NCBI GenBank assembly: GCA_018823705.1
Contig: JAHJHP010000009.1
Span: forward strand, 1 to 55,280
From: Candidatus Omnitrophota bacterium
Lineage (GTDB): Bacteria > Omnitrophota > Gorgyraeia > 2-01-FULL-45-10
Reading direction: 5' to 3'
Length of the DNA stretch: 55,280 nt
The notes under the pieces were generated by a model that was given only the letters and a program-made list of their open reading frames with translations, was not told the origin of the DNA and ran no database searches. Shown one piece after another: positions 17,909-27,751 of the stretch. The position numbers were made by a program, and so were the translations under genes. The first letter of the stretch is position 1. Each line of letters starts with the position of its first letter.

Positions 17909-19266
17909 GCTGCCAGCCCTATCTTCTTCTTGAATTTAATGACATGCTTCTTTATCTTCCGCTCTACAGTATGGTCGATCTTTCTTCTTATTTTTACTGA
18001 TAACGGGATCTTCTTCGACTCCTCGAGCACCTCTCTCAAGAAGAGATAATCTACGCCTTTTATCTTGGGGCTATCGGGAGATCTGGAATAATCGCTATGG
18101 CTCTTCATGAGGGAGAGGCCGTTCTCTTCGCAATATTTATACAGATCACTGCCCGGATGAGGGGTGAAGAAAGCGGGGCTGGCCCTATAAGGCTTGATCT
18201 TGCGTATCATGGCAAGCGTATCGAGCGCTTCCTCTTTAGTCTCTGTCGGGATCCCAAGCATATAATTTGCCCAGACACGGACGCCGTATCTCTTACATAT
18301 TTCCGCGGCCTTATAATTCTGCTCGACCTTCGTCCCTTTCCTTAAGAAATTCAGGACTCTCTGGTTCCCGCTCTCAAATCCTATGAGAAACATCGCAAGG
18401 CCCGAACACGCCATCATCTTTACCATATCTTCATTCTTACATATTATATCGGCCCTGGACTGGCAAATAAAAGGCTGTTTGAATCCGTTTTTCCTATATT
18501 GACCGCAGAAATCCATCACCCATGCCCTGTCTTCGGTAAGGCAATCATCGTGGATCATGAGGCTCTGGAAATTCGATCTCTCACGCAGAAGTTTCAGCTC
18601 GTCTATGACATTCTTTACGCTTCGCCTTCTCACCACAGGCCCGAATATCATCCTCTCCGCAGGCTGGCAGAAACTGCAATTATAGATGCATCCTCTCCCG
18701 GCTATTATCGTCACAAAAGGTATGCGTAGAAAATGATCAATGGGCATTTCGCCTGCGGCGAATATCTCCCTGTCGGCGAACGGAAGCGCATCCAGGTCCG
18801 GCTTTACACCATGTATCACCCGATTCACGGCTTTTCCGGACTCTATGTCGCCGAGCAATTCGACAAAACTTATTTCACCCTCGCCGAGCACAATGTGATC
18901 TATGTCAGTATTGGCCTTCACCTCTTCAAGCGCAAGGTTAGGGTGTGGGCCACCGACAACTACTTTTATACGCTTATCTATTTCTTTTATGAGTTCTATA
19001 GCCCGCGTAACCGTTTCATAGTCGACACTCATCATCGTAATGCCGACTACCTGAGGCGCATAGGCCGTAACCTTGGCTTTAAATTCATCCCAGGACGAGA
19101 GCTGCCTTAAGTCTATGAAATTTACTTCATGGCCGGCTTTCTTTACGGATCCGGCTATCGAGGCCAGGCCATGATTTATCCAGATAAGCTTCAGCTTTTG
19201 ACCGGAGCTATTAAATCCGGTTTCAGCAATACCGGCGAATACGAGTAATACTTTCATGGTGGTCAT
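17905..19266 (-). CDS. Cobalamin-binding radical SAM protein
   Basis: GLASIAGSVKKAGHEV, GGPHP, GEGE, RGCIYNCSFC, HDDC, GFESG, GIPTET. Confidence 0.9.
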   Translation of the reverse strand: MTTMKVLLVFAGIAETGFNSSGQKLKLIWINHGLASIAGSVKKAGHEVNFIDLRQLSSWDEFKAKVTAYAPQVVGITMMSVDYETVTRAIELIKEIDKRIKVVVGGPHPNLALEEVKANTDIDHIVLGEGEISFVELLGDIESGKAVNRVIHGVKPDLDALPFADREIFAAGEMPIDHFLRIPFVTIIAGRGCIYNCSFCQPAERMIFGPVVRRRSVKNVIDELKLLRERSNFQSLMIHDDCLTEDRAWVMDFCGQYRKNGFKQPFICQSRADIICKNEDMVKMMACSGLAMFLIGFESGNQRVLNFLRKGTKVEQNYKAAEICKRYGVRVWANYMLGIPTETKEEALDTLAMIRKIKPYRASPAFFTPHPGSDLYKYCEENGLSLMKSHSDYSRSPDSPKIKGVDYLFLREVLEESKKIPLSVKIRRKIDHTVERKIKKHVIKFKKKIGLAA

Positions 19267-20354
19267 CCGTTTTTTGACAGAAACCGGCCGGCCGCCTCCA
19301 GCACTTCTTCGGCCTTTATAGACTTAAGGCATGACCGGTCTTCGCAGATCTTGTATTTGAACTTTTTATAACAGGGCCTGCAAAGGATATCGTTTTTTGA
19401 TATCACGACATGACTTTTGGTCACAGGATACGGGCCGTATATCTTTTCATCTACCGGGCCGAATATCGATATGGTATTGAGCCCCAAACCTACCGCCATA
19501 TGGAGCGGCCCGCCGTCATTCGTTATTATGAGCTTACATCTATTGATGAGGCCTAAAAAATGCCTCAGGGTAGTCTTGCCGCAAGCCATTATGGCTCTGT
19601 TCTTCATCTTCTTCTGGATATCATCGCATATCTCTATCTCGTGAGAGTCACCTAGTAACACTATCTTAGCGCCATAACGCTCAGCCAGGCCATCGCAGAC
19701 CTTTGCGAATCCGGCGCGATCCCAGCGCCTGTGGCGCGCGTCTATCCCCCAGCTAGCGCCACAGCCCGGCACTACACCTATCAGCACGTCGTCATCGGCT
19801 ACCCCTTGAGGCTTTAAGTAATCATCCGCCCAGGCGATATCTTTCTCCGTGATATAAACTTTTGGGCTTAATTTGAAACCCCGCGGGTCTATGCCCAGGA
19901 ACTTCAGTATGTCGCAATAGTACTCTATAACGTGTTTTTCACTAAAACCGTCTATGTCTATCTTACCGGTAAGAAACTTGCCCCTCTTCCTGTAGTTAAA
20001 CCCGTATCTCTTCCTGATACCGATCAGGCTGAGCAGTAAACTATATTGGTATCCCAGAGAAAGATCGATCGCGATATCAAATCTCTCCCGCTTTATGGCC
20101 TTCAAAAAATCCCATATTAATTTAAGACACTCTATCTTTGACTTCTCCCAAGAGGTTCTATAATCGTCCTTCTCATATACGAAAAATTTATCAATTTTCG
20201 GATTTGATCTTATGACCTCGTAAGATCTCTTATTGCAAACATAGCCCATGAAGCAATCCGGGTGTTTTTCCTTAAGGATCTCTATGAGAGGAGTGGAAAA
20301 TATGACATCGCCAATGCCGAATGGATTAATTATAAGGATCTTTTTTTGGTTCAT
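19263..20354 (-). CDS. GT9 LPS heptosyltransferase (WaaF-like)
   Basis: PFGIGDVIFSTP, PGCGASWG..RRW, ITNDGGPLHMA, SIFGP, CRPC. Exact ortholog (WaaC/F/Q) not resolved. Confidence 0.88.
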   Translation of the reverse strand: MNQKKILIINPFGIGDVIFSTPLIEILKEKHPDCFMGYVCNKRSYEVIRSNPKIDKFFVYEKDDYRTSWEKSKIECLKLIWDFLKAIKRERFDIAIDLSLGYQYSLLLSLIGIRKRYGFNYRKRGKFLTGKIDIDGFSEKHVIEYYCDILKFLGIDPRGFKLSPKVYITEKDIAWADDYLKPQGVADDDVLIGVVPGCGASWGIDARHRRWDRAGFAKVCDGLAERYGAKIVLLGDSHEIEICDDIQKKMKNRAIMACGKTTLRHFLGLINRCKLIITNDGGPLHMAVGLGLNTISIFGPVDEKIYGPYPVTKSHVVISKNDILCRPCYKKFKYKICEDRSCLKSIKAEEVLEAAGRFLSKNG

Positions 20355-21583
20355 AAGCCGGTAGTCCTGGATACCCTGATAATGGCAAGGCTTGTGCCTA
20401 TAGCAAACCAGAATAAGGTTGCCAGGTTCAGTGAATAGAGGTTGGTATCAAAGAAACTATGCACTAAGAATGCAAAGACACCTATGGATATGCCCCATAG
20501 AGCCGTTCGGAAAAAATCATCATTGATAACCTTCAGAGCTCTTATCACCGCTCGGAAATAAGCGCCAATCAGGAACAGAAACCCGGCCAGGCCGATGATT
20601 CCCGTATCCGCAGCCATCTGTAGATAACAGTTATGCGCGTAGCTTCCCTTTTTGTCTTTCCACTTGTCATTCCTATGCTTCTTAAAGTTAACAAAGAAAG
20701 TATTGAGTCCGTTACCTATAATGGGATGCCTGGCGAATATCTGCCAGGAAGTGCCCAGCATGCTGACTCTGTCGCTAAAGCTGCCTGTTGCGAATATATC
20801 GCGCGTCATTTCAGTCTTTATTACGATGGAAGCGAATAGGACTATCACCAGCAGTAATACTATCCATATTTTGCGTTTTGAAAACGCTATGTATAACATC
20901 GATATGCCTAACCCTATCCAGGCGCCCCTGGCCTTGGCCAGGAAAAAGAGATAGAATAGCGCCACCGATACAAAACCTGTCAAATACCTGAATCCGGACT
21001 TCTTCATGTCGAATACTGTGACGCAGGCAAGCGGTAAGAGCATCAAGAGTATCCATGCCGCCAGATCGTTCGGATACGGGAAAGACGCTGTGGGGTAACC
21101 TCTAAAAAATCCAACCTCGGCGAAAATCGGACGCATACTGAAAGACGGATAATTATGCAAAAAATCAACCTGGACTCCATAGTGTTGAACGTAGCCATCG
21201 AGCGTTATAAGCATGATGGAGAGGAAAGCTATTACCAGGAGATCCTTCAGACGCTCCTTGGTCCTTATGGTGTCCGCCATGACAACACATAGAAATACAT
21301 ATTTTAAAACTTTGGAAAAAAAAGCTTTTATACTTAGAGCCGGATAGGCAGTATTAATAAATGAGGGCAAGATAGCGATAACAAATATTGCCAAAGCTAC
21401 GCCCAGCTCTATTTTTGCCGGATTCAGGTCTCTATTTAATAGTTTCTGCGCTATCCATACGGCAATGGCAAGCGTTATGCCGATCTCCGATATGGATTTT
21501 GAAAAAGGCGCGGCAAAGACTATCGCATAGAGACACCACTTAATAGTCTCATCAAAGATTATATTCAAGCGTTCTTTATTCAA
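20351..21583 (-). CDS. O-antigen ligase family protein (WaaL-like)
   Basis: Multi-pass; FPYPNDLAAW, KARGAW, HPIIGNGLNTF, YAHNCYLQMAADTGIIG. Likely TTG start at 21583 overlapping the upstream stop. Confidence 0.88.
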   Translation of the reverse strand: MNKERLNIIFDETIKWCLYAIVFAAPFSKSISEIGITLAIAVWIAQKLLNRDLNPAKIELGVALAIFVIAILPSFINTAYPALSIKAFFSKVLKYVFLCVVMADTIRTKERLKDLLVIAFLSIMLITLDGYVQHYGVQVDFLHNYPSFSMRPIFAEVGFFRGYPTASFPYPNDLAAWILLMLLPLACVTVFDMKKSGFRYLTGFVSVALFYLFFLAKARGAWIGLGISMLYIAFSKRKIWIVLLLVIVLFASIVIKTEMTRDIFATGSFSDRVSMLGTSWQIFARHPIIGNGLNTFFVNFKKHRNDKWKDKKGSYAHNCYLQMAADTGIIGLAGFLFLIGAYFRAVIRALKVINDDFFRTALWGISIGVFAFLVHSFFDTNLYSLNLATLFWFAIGTSLAIIRVSRTTGL

Positions 21584-22616
21584 ATTTCTTCTTCCCCTTG
21601 TTTCTGCCAAACCTGCCCGTATCGACGTAAGCAAGCCGTACTCCTAGCGTCACCATCGAAATGGTAACGCACCCTATCAGTATGAGAGCTGATTTAAGCG
21701 GCAGCCTCTGCACTAAGAGAGCCGATAGCCCAAGCATTGTGCATATACCGTATATAGCTATAACCGTTCTTCTCTTCCTGAATCCCAGGAGAGCTATTCT
21801 ATGCGACGAATGGTCACGGCCCCCCTGAAATACGGAGCGCCCCTCTATCGATCTCATGATAGTGACAAGCATTGTGTCGAATATAGGGTAAGCCAGTATA
21901 AGTATCGGCATAGCGAGTGACGTAGTAAGAAATCTTGTGCTCCAGCTTCCCATTACAGCGAGCGACGCCAGGACAAATCCCAGCACCAGGCTTCCCGTGT
22001 CCCCCATAAATATGCTTGCTTTAGGGAAGTTGTGCTTCAGGAAACCAAGGCCCGCGCCTGCAAGAGCAAACGCTACGATCGCGACGGATATCTGGTTGCT
22101 TGTGCACATAACAATTCCGAAAAATATCGAAGCTATAACAGCTATCCCTACCGACAAGCCGTTCATATTATCCAGAAGATTAAAGGCATTAGTGATCCCG
22201 ACTATCCACAAATACGTAAACAAGGTATCGAGGTAATAGTTATGTAAAAATTCGACTCTGACCCCTGACTTGATCACTATCATCGCCGCAAGAACCTGAC
22301 CGAGGAGTTTTACCTCGGGCATCATCCCCATCTTATCGTCCACAAGGCCGACGATCAGGAGAAATGTACATCCGATAATAATGCTTGTCAATTTAGCATC
22401 TAATGTAAAACCCACTGTCGTGAGAAGCCCGACTATAAATGAGACATAGATCGCTACACCTCCGAGAAGAGCCGTAGGATGAGCATGGACCTTATTGGTC
22501 TTGGGGTGGTCAAGATAGTTAAGGTTAATGGCTATATTTTTTACAACGGGCGTAATAATATAGGCAATGACCGTGGTGAGTATGAAAACTTCAACTACAT
22601 TTTTTATTCGCAACAT
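21576..22616 (-). CDS. WecA/TagO/MraY-family undecaprenyl-phosphate N-acetylhexosamine-1-phosphate transferase
   Basis: DHP..NKVH, LLGGVAI, GLVDD, NAFNLLDNMNG, NFPKASIFMGDTGS, RDHSSHR. Confidence 0.9.
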   Translation of the reverse strand: MLRIKNVVEVFILTTVIAYIITPVVKNIAINLNYLDHPKTNKVHAHPTALLGGVAIYVSFIVGLLTTVGFTLDAKLTSIIIGCTFLLIVGLVDDKMGMMPEVKLLGQVLAAMIVIKSGVRVEFLHNYYLDTLFTYLWIVGITNAFNLLDNMNGLSVGIAVIASIFFGIVMCTSNQISVAIVAFALAGAGLGFLKHNFPKASIFMGDTGSLVLGFVLASLAVMGSWSTRFLTTSLAMPILILAYPIFDTMLVTIMRSIEGRSVFQGGRDHSSHRIALLGFRKRRTVIAIYGICTMLGLSALLVQRLPLKSALILIGCVTISMVTLGVRLAYVDTGRFGRNKGKKKFE

Positions 22617-22632
22617 AAATTTACCTCAAATC

Positions 22633-23601
22633 TTACTTTTCAAAATACTTAATTATATTCATCAGCATCTCATCCAGGTCCACCTTCGGCTGGAAACCGA
22701 TCAATTCCTTTATCTTCGTAATATCAGGAGCTCTGTGCCTCATGTCCTCAAAACCTTTTTCATAGGCCTTCTCATACGGAATATGCATGATAGGCGAATC
22801 GGATTTAGTGAGCTTCTTTATCTTCTCCGCAAGATCCTGTATCGAGATAGCGCCAGGATTACCGATATTGAATATTTCTCCTACTGCTTTCTGGTTATTC
22901 GCGAGCCCCGTTATCGCCCGGACCGCGTCTGAGACATAGGTAAAGCTTCTCGTCTGCTTCCCGTCCCCGTATATCGTTATCGGTTGGCCAAGCAACGCAT
23001 GTTTGACAAAACGCGGCACCACCATGCCGTACATGCCGCTCTGGCGCGGGCCTACGGTATTGAAGAATCGCACAATAACTACCGGCAGTTTCTTCTCGCG
23101 CCAGTATGCGAGCGACAGGAATTCGTCCATCGCCTTGGCGCACGAGTAACTCCATCTCGATATAGTGGTGGGCCCCAGCACCCTATCGTCCTCTTCTTTA
23201 AATATCTTCTTCCCGGGCCTGTCCTTTCCGTATATCTCGGAGGTAGACGCTATTATCACTTTCTTCTTCCCTAGTGAATTTGCGAGCTCCAGGACAATCT
23301 CGGTGCCTTTCACATTCGTCTGCATCGATTCCAGGGGGTTATCTATTATATATTTAACGCCGACAGCCGCTGCCATGTGATAAACAACGTCACAGTTTTT
23401 TATCAACCGCTTCATCAGCTCTTCATTCATGATCGTATCTATATGGAATGAGAACTTGGGGTTTGATTTCAGATGCTCGATATTCTCCATGTTGCCGGTC
23501 GAGAGGTTATCGATAACGACAACCTCTTCGCCCTTTTTCAGAAGCTCTTCAACAAGATGCGAACCAATGAAGCCCGCTCCGCCTGTTATAAGAATTTTCA
23601 T
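22633..23601 (-). CDS. NAD-dependent nucleotide-sugar epimerase/dehydratase (extended SDR)
   Basis: ITGGAGFIGSHL, ASTSEIYG, WSYSCAK (YxxxK), RFFNTVGPRQ, GDGKQTRSF. Confidence 0.92.
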   Translation of the reverse strand: MKILITGGAGFIGSHLVEELLKKGEEVVVIDNLSTGNMENIEHLKSNPKFSFHIDTIMNEELMKRLIKNCDVVYHMAAAVGVKYIIDNPLESMQTNVKGTEIVLELANSLGKKKVIIASTSEIYGKDRPGKKIFKEEDDRVLGPTTISRWSYSCAKAMDEFLSLAYWREKKLPVVIVRFFNTVGPRQSGMYGMVVPRFVKHALLGQPITIYGDGKQTRSFTYVSDAVRAITGLANNQKAVGEIFNIGNPGAISIQDLAEKIKKLTKSDSPIMHIPYEKAYEKGFEDMRHRAPDITKIKELIGFQPKVDLDEMLMNIIKYFEK

Positions 23602-23602
23602 G

Positions 23603-25048
23603 TCACTCTCCCTGTTTTATTTTAAAAACACCCTTTATGCAGCTCGTTAAAAAACTTAGGCCTCCTCTGATCCAGTAAATCACCTCTTCCGGACTCCTCA
23701 TCTTGCGAAGCATCCTGAAGACATAGGAAGGCCTGAAATAGAAATTGAGCAACATCTTCCTCTGGAGCGACATAAGTTCCCCTGAAGAGAAGTTCTCGGT
23801 ACGCCACGACGGCTCTCTGCCGTAAAGTATGAAAGAGTCCCAGTTACTGGACTTTGAAATAAGCCCTTTCTCTTTCATCATTCTATAAAGCTCAGTACCG
23901 GGATACGGTACCACGATCGAGGGCATCACTATGTCCGGATTTATCCTGGCTAAAAGTCGTCTCGTCAGCCTTATATCATCCTTCGTTTCGGAAGGATGAC
24001 TTCCTATGATCACATCCGCTTCCACTAGTTTTATTCCGGCTTCCTTAGCCCACATGAAAGCGTCTTCCACCTGTGACACGGTTATATTCTTTTTGATCAG
24101 TTCGAGAATGCGCGGGCTGCCCGACTCTACTCCAAAAGTAATGCCTGTGCACCCTGCTCCGGCAAGCATCTCGAGCATTTTTTTGGACAACGGCCAAACA
24201 CGACCGTAGCAATTCCAGGTGATCTTTCGCCTGGCGAACTCATCACATATTTCATATAATCTTTCTTCCTTGAGCGTAAACGTATCGTCCATGACAGCAA
24301 AATGGTTAAAACCGAACTTTTCAACGCATTCGGTTATCTCTCCCTTGACGGAAACGGCCGATCTGAACCTTACCCCGCTGCCGATCGCGACATCGGAAGC
24401 GCAGAATATACACCTATTCGGACAACCGCGCGAAGTGATGATCTCTGTTATCTTAAGGAAACTACGGGAAAACCCACGATGCGACTGGCCTCTATACAAA
24501 GGAATGTTCAAAAGGCCTCTCGCGGGAAAGGGCAGCCTATCGAGATCTTTTATCGGGCCGCGTTTAACCGTAAACTGCGGAACCCCTCCCTTCCTGTAAA
24601 CAATCCCCTCTATGTTCTCTACGCCGGCGCCTTGCGATATCCTGTCCGCCAATTCTATGATCGTGTCATCGCCTTCGCCTATAACCCCTATGTCAAAATA
24701 CTTAAATTCATTAAGGCTCGCTTCGGGCAGCGCAGATATATGCGGGCCTCCTGTTATGACAACAACGTCCTTTAAATGCTTTTTAACGAGAGCGGCCACC
24801 TTGTTGGCGCTTATGATAGTGGGGGTGTAACAGCTTATGGCGACTATTAAAGGAGAAAGATCTTTTATCCGCCTTTCGAACACACTTTCATCGAAAGGTT
24901 CCACTTCAAAGTCCCATATCCGGACGTCATAACCTCTATTCAGTAATCCCGCGGCCATGCCGGCTATATTGAGAGGGAACTGAGTCGCGATAAAAGACGT
25001 TCCCTTCATAATAGTCGGCGGCCTTATAAAAAGTATCTTATGTTTCAT
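23603..25048 (-). CDS. Cobalamin-binding radical SAM protein
   Basis: FPLNIAGMAAGL, GGPH, GEGD, SRGCPNRCIFC, MDDTFT, GVESGS. Confidence 0.9.
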   Translation of the reverse strand: MKHKILFIRPPTIMKGTSFIATQFPLNIAGMAAGLLNRGYDVRIWDFEVEPFDESVFERRIKDLSPLIVAISCYTPTIISANKVAALVKKHLKDVVVITGGPHISALPEASLNEFKYFDIGVIGEGDDTIIELADRISQGAGVENIEGIVYRKGGVPQFTVKRGPIKDLDRLPFPARGLLNIPLYRGQSHRGFSRSFLKITEIITSRGCPNRCIFCASDVAIGSGVRFRSAVSVKGEITECVEKFGFNHFAVMDDTFTLKEERLYEICDEFARRKITWNCYGRVWPLSKKMLEMLAGAGCTGITFGVESGSPRILELIKKNITVSQVEDAFMWAKEAGIKLVEADVIIGSHPSETKDDIRLTRRLLARINPDIVMPSIVVPYPGTELYRMMKEKGLISKSSNWDSFILYGREPSWRTENFSSGELMSLQRKMLLNFYFRPSYVFRMLRKMRSPEEVIYWIRGGLSFLTSCIKGVFKIKQGE

Positions 25049-25051
25049 CTG

Positions 25052-25978
25052 CTATTGTATGTTCACTTTCTCTTTAACCAGAAATAGCGGCCGTTTTTTA
25101 GACTGCTCATATATCCTCGCTATATATTCACCCAGTATTCCTATCGTGATCAGCTGAACGCCGCCCAGAAACAGTATAAGCACGGTAATGGTCGTCGTTC
25201 CGTATATAGGCATTCTTTTGAAACATAAAAGCAATATCAGCAGAAAGGCAAAACCGGAAACAACAAAACCCGATATGGCCGCAAGCCTTAGCGGAATATA
25301 TGAGAATGACACAAGGCCGTCCAGAGCAAGCCTGAAGAGCTTCAGGAATGAGTACTTAGTCTTTCCGCCGAACCTTTCCTGTCTGTCGTATTCGACGCCT
25401 ATCTGATCATACCCGACCCAGCTGCGCAGTCCCCGCATGAAAGGGTCGGACTCAGGCATCGATGACAGGATCTTTACAATGCTCTTATCCATAAGGCAGA
25501 AATCGCCGGCGTCCAGGGGCATATCCGTATTCGCCATGATCTTGAGCAGCCTGTAGAACGTAGCGTACAGAAATCTCAGCAAAAGCCCCTCTTTTCTCGT
25601 CTTTCTGATAGCATAAACGACATGGTATCCTTCCTTCCAGCTGGCTATCATGTCGATCACCACCTCCGGGGGGTCCTGAAGATCCGCATCCATGATAGCG
25701 ACCGCGTCACCGGATGCGAATTCAATGCCGGCCCGGATCGCCATCTGATGGCCGAAATTCCGCGACAGATCCACAACTTTCACCTGTTTGTCCGATACGC
25801 CCAGCGCCTTCAGCATCGAAAAAGAAGAGTCACTGCTGCCGTCATTAACGAATACCAGCTCGAGTTTCGTGGAAAGCTCTTTACCTATTTTGATAAGTCT
25901 CGAGTACAACTCGTTTATGTTGTCTTTCTCATTACAAATAGGTATAACAACAGAAAGTAGCTTTAGCTCCCGAGCCAT
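25052..25978 (-). CDS. GT2, GtrB/ArnC/YkoT-like polyprenol-phosphate sugar synthase
   Basis: VNDGSSD, LSRNFGHQ, MDADLQDPP, AGDFCL, two C-terminal TMs, GILGEYIARIY..KKRP. Start placed at ATG 25978 after GGAGG. Confidence 0.9.
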   Translation of the reverse strand: MARELKLLSVVIPICNEKDNINELYSRLIKIGKELSTKLELVFVNDGSSDSSFSMLKALGVSDKQVKVVDLSRNFGHQMAIRAGIEFASGDAVAIMDADLQDPPEVVIDMIASWKEGYHVVYAIRKTRKEGLLLRFLYATFYRLLKIMANTDMPLDAGDFCLMDKSIVKILSSMPESDPFMRGLRSWVGYDQIGVEYDRQERFGGKTKYSFLKLFRLALDGLVSFSYIPLRLAAISGFVVSGFAFLLILLLCFKRMPIYGTTTITVLILFLGGVQLITIGILGEYIARIYEQSKKRPLFLVKEKVNIQ

Positions 25979-25995
25979 GTGTGCCTCCGTCATTT

Positions 25996-26967
25996 TTATG
26001 CTGACTTCATCCTCTTTCTGACAATAAGCGCCAATCCTGAAATACCACCCAGAATCGTTGAAACCGACAGTATCATATAAGTGACTATGGCCCTCGCCAG
26101 AAACCATGGCGACTCTCTCTTAATAACCAACACGAAGAAGTTCCGGTTAAGATAAAAGAAGGCGGCGAAGATACAGGCCCAGAGAGCGTAAAGCTTAAAT
26201 ACGACACATAACGGTAGTGATACAATCGAGATAAATCCTAATAGCCGTCCCGCTCCTCCGGATACCGATGTGCAATGATTATCAAATTTTCGATACTCGT
26301 CAAACATCTCGACCCACTTCATGGTAGAATAATAATCCGTATAGAGCGCCTTTTTGAATGAGTTGATCTTGACCCTGACAACGAGATCAGGATAAAAATA
26401 TATCGCGCACTGTTCTCTCAGTGCATAGCTGAATTTGACATACTCCACGGTAGCCCCTCTTATGGACTCATCGAATCCGCCGCACTTGAGAAGAGCCTCT
26501 TTTCTGATACCACCAACCGCCGGCGTGAATACAGTCGAAACATTCTCTCTGGGAAGCCACGAATTGAACATTATAGCCTTATATTTTGGAAAGAAACCCT
26601 CATTTTGAGGAGTAATATCAAGATGGCCTATGAACGCCTTCACATCTTCATTCTCGAAATACTTTTTGGCTTTCGATATGGTATCGGGAAAGACGATAAC
26701 GTCGGAATCCAGATACAGGAGCGAATCGAACCTGGCAATTTTCGCTCCGGTGTTCCTGGCTACCGCCGCGCCGCCATTCTTTTCCAAACGTATACAGCGG
26801 GCAAAATCGTAGGCCTCAACTACTCTTTCTATCGCGCGATCGGCCGAGCCATCGTCCACGATTATGGCCTCAAACACAAAATCGATACCTTCGCTCTTTT
26901 TGATCGATTCAAGAAGGCTTTTGACCTCATCCGGATTATTATAAGCCGGCGCTATGATCGATATCAT
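25996..26967 (-). CDS. GT2 glycosyltransferase with C-terminal TM segments
   Basis: IIAPAYN, VDDGSAD, GAAVARNTG, YLDSDV, GGFDE; hydrophobic C-terminus. Confidence 0.85.
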   Translation of the reverse strand: MISIIAPAYNNPDEVKSLLESIKKSEGIDFVFEAIIVDDGSADRAIERVVEAYDFARCIRLEKNGGAAVARNTGAKIARFDSLLYLDSDVIVFPDTISKAKKYFENEDVKAFIGHLDITPQNEGFFPKYKAIMFNSWLPRENVSTVFTPAVGGIRKEALLKCGGFDESIRGATVEYVKFSYALREQCAIYFYPDLVVRVKINSFKKALYTDYYSTMKWVEMFDEYRKFDNHCTSVSGGAGRLLGFISIVSLPLCVVFKLYALWACIFAAFFYLNRNFFVLVIKRESPWFLARAIVTYMILSVSTILGGISGLALIVRKRMKSA

Positions 26968-26968
26968 C

Positions 26969-27727
26969 CTACTTCTTCCTGCAGTATACGAGATACGAAT
27001 AACCGATATCGGCGTTCAAAAATGCCTTTTCAATGAAGAGAATGGCTTCATAAAACCTGGATGCTACAGGATAGAGCGCCTTCCATATGCCCGGAAACTT
27101 CAGGATACCGCTATCTTTTGTCCTGGATGCCGCATCATCATTACGCTTATTTCGTTCATAAAATCCCCTGAACAGAAGATGCTGACAAATTAGGTGCACA
27201 GGCAGCAACCCGAAACTCCAGAATATGACAGGGGTAAGGCCGGCCTTCTCCAGCTTTTCCTTAAGATCTTTCTTTTCATATCGTCTTAAATGACCGTAAT
27301 GCTTGTCCGCTTTAGAATAAAGCCGCTGTTTAGCCGGCACCGATATGAAAAAAGCGCCGCCATCCTTTAACAGATCGCCCGAGATATGTTTCAGCAGCTT
27401 CTGATCCTCCCCGACATGCTCCAGGACCTCAAACATAAAGACGGCATCGAACTTATCCTTCAAGCTATCGATCGTCTGATTTTTTACCGATATGAGCTCC
27501 GATGACCTGAATCGTCCGGACGCTATCCTGATCGCCTCTTCTGAAGTATCGATGCCGACTGCCCTGAAACCGCGTTTTTCAAGTTCGGACAAAAATATGC
27601 CGGTACCGCAACCTATCTCGCAACAGCAGGTTCCCGTCGATAATCCCGCGCGGGCAAGCATACGATCAAGAAGCCGGTATTTTGACCAATCGGTCGGTGT
27701 TGTATAGCGTTCCTGCTCCGTCAACAT
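26969..27727 (-). CDS. Class I SAM-dependent methyltransferase
   Basis: EIGCGTG, GIDTS, FEVLEH, SVPA...DKHYGHLRRY. Confidence 0.88.
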   Translation of the reverse strand: MLTEQERYTTPTDWSKYRLLDRMLARAGLSTGTCCCEIGCGTGIFLSELEKRGFRAVGIDTSEEAIRIASGRFRSSELISVKNQTIDSLKDKFDAVFMFEVLEHVGEDQKLLKHISGDLLKDGGAFFISVPAKQRLYSKADKHYGHLRRYEKKDLKEKLEKAGLTPVIFWSFGLLPVHLICQHLLFRGFYERNKRNDDAASRTKDSGILKFPGIWKALYPVASRFYEAILFIEKAFLNADIGYSYLVYCRKK

Positions 27728-27751
27728 AGCTTATTATTTTCCAATGCTTAT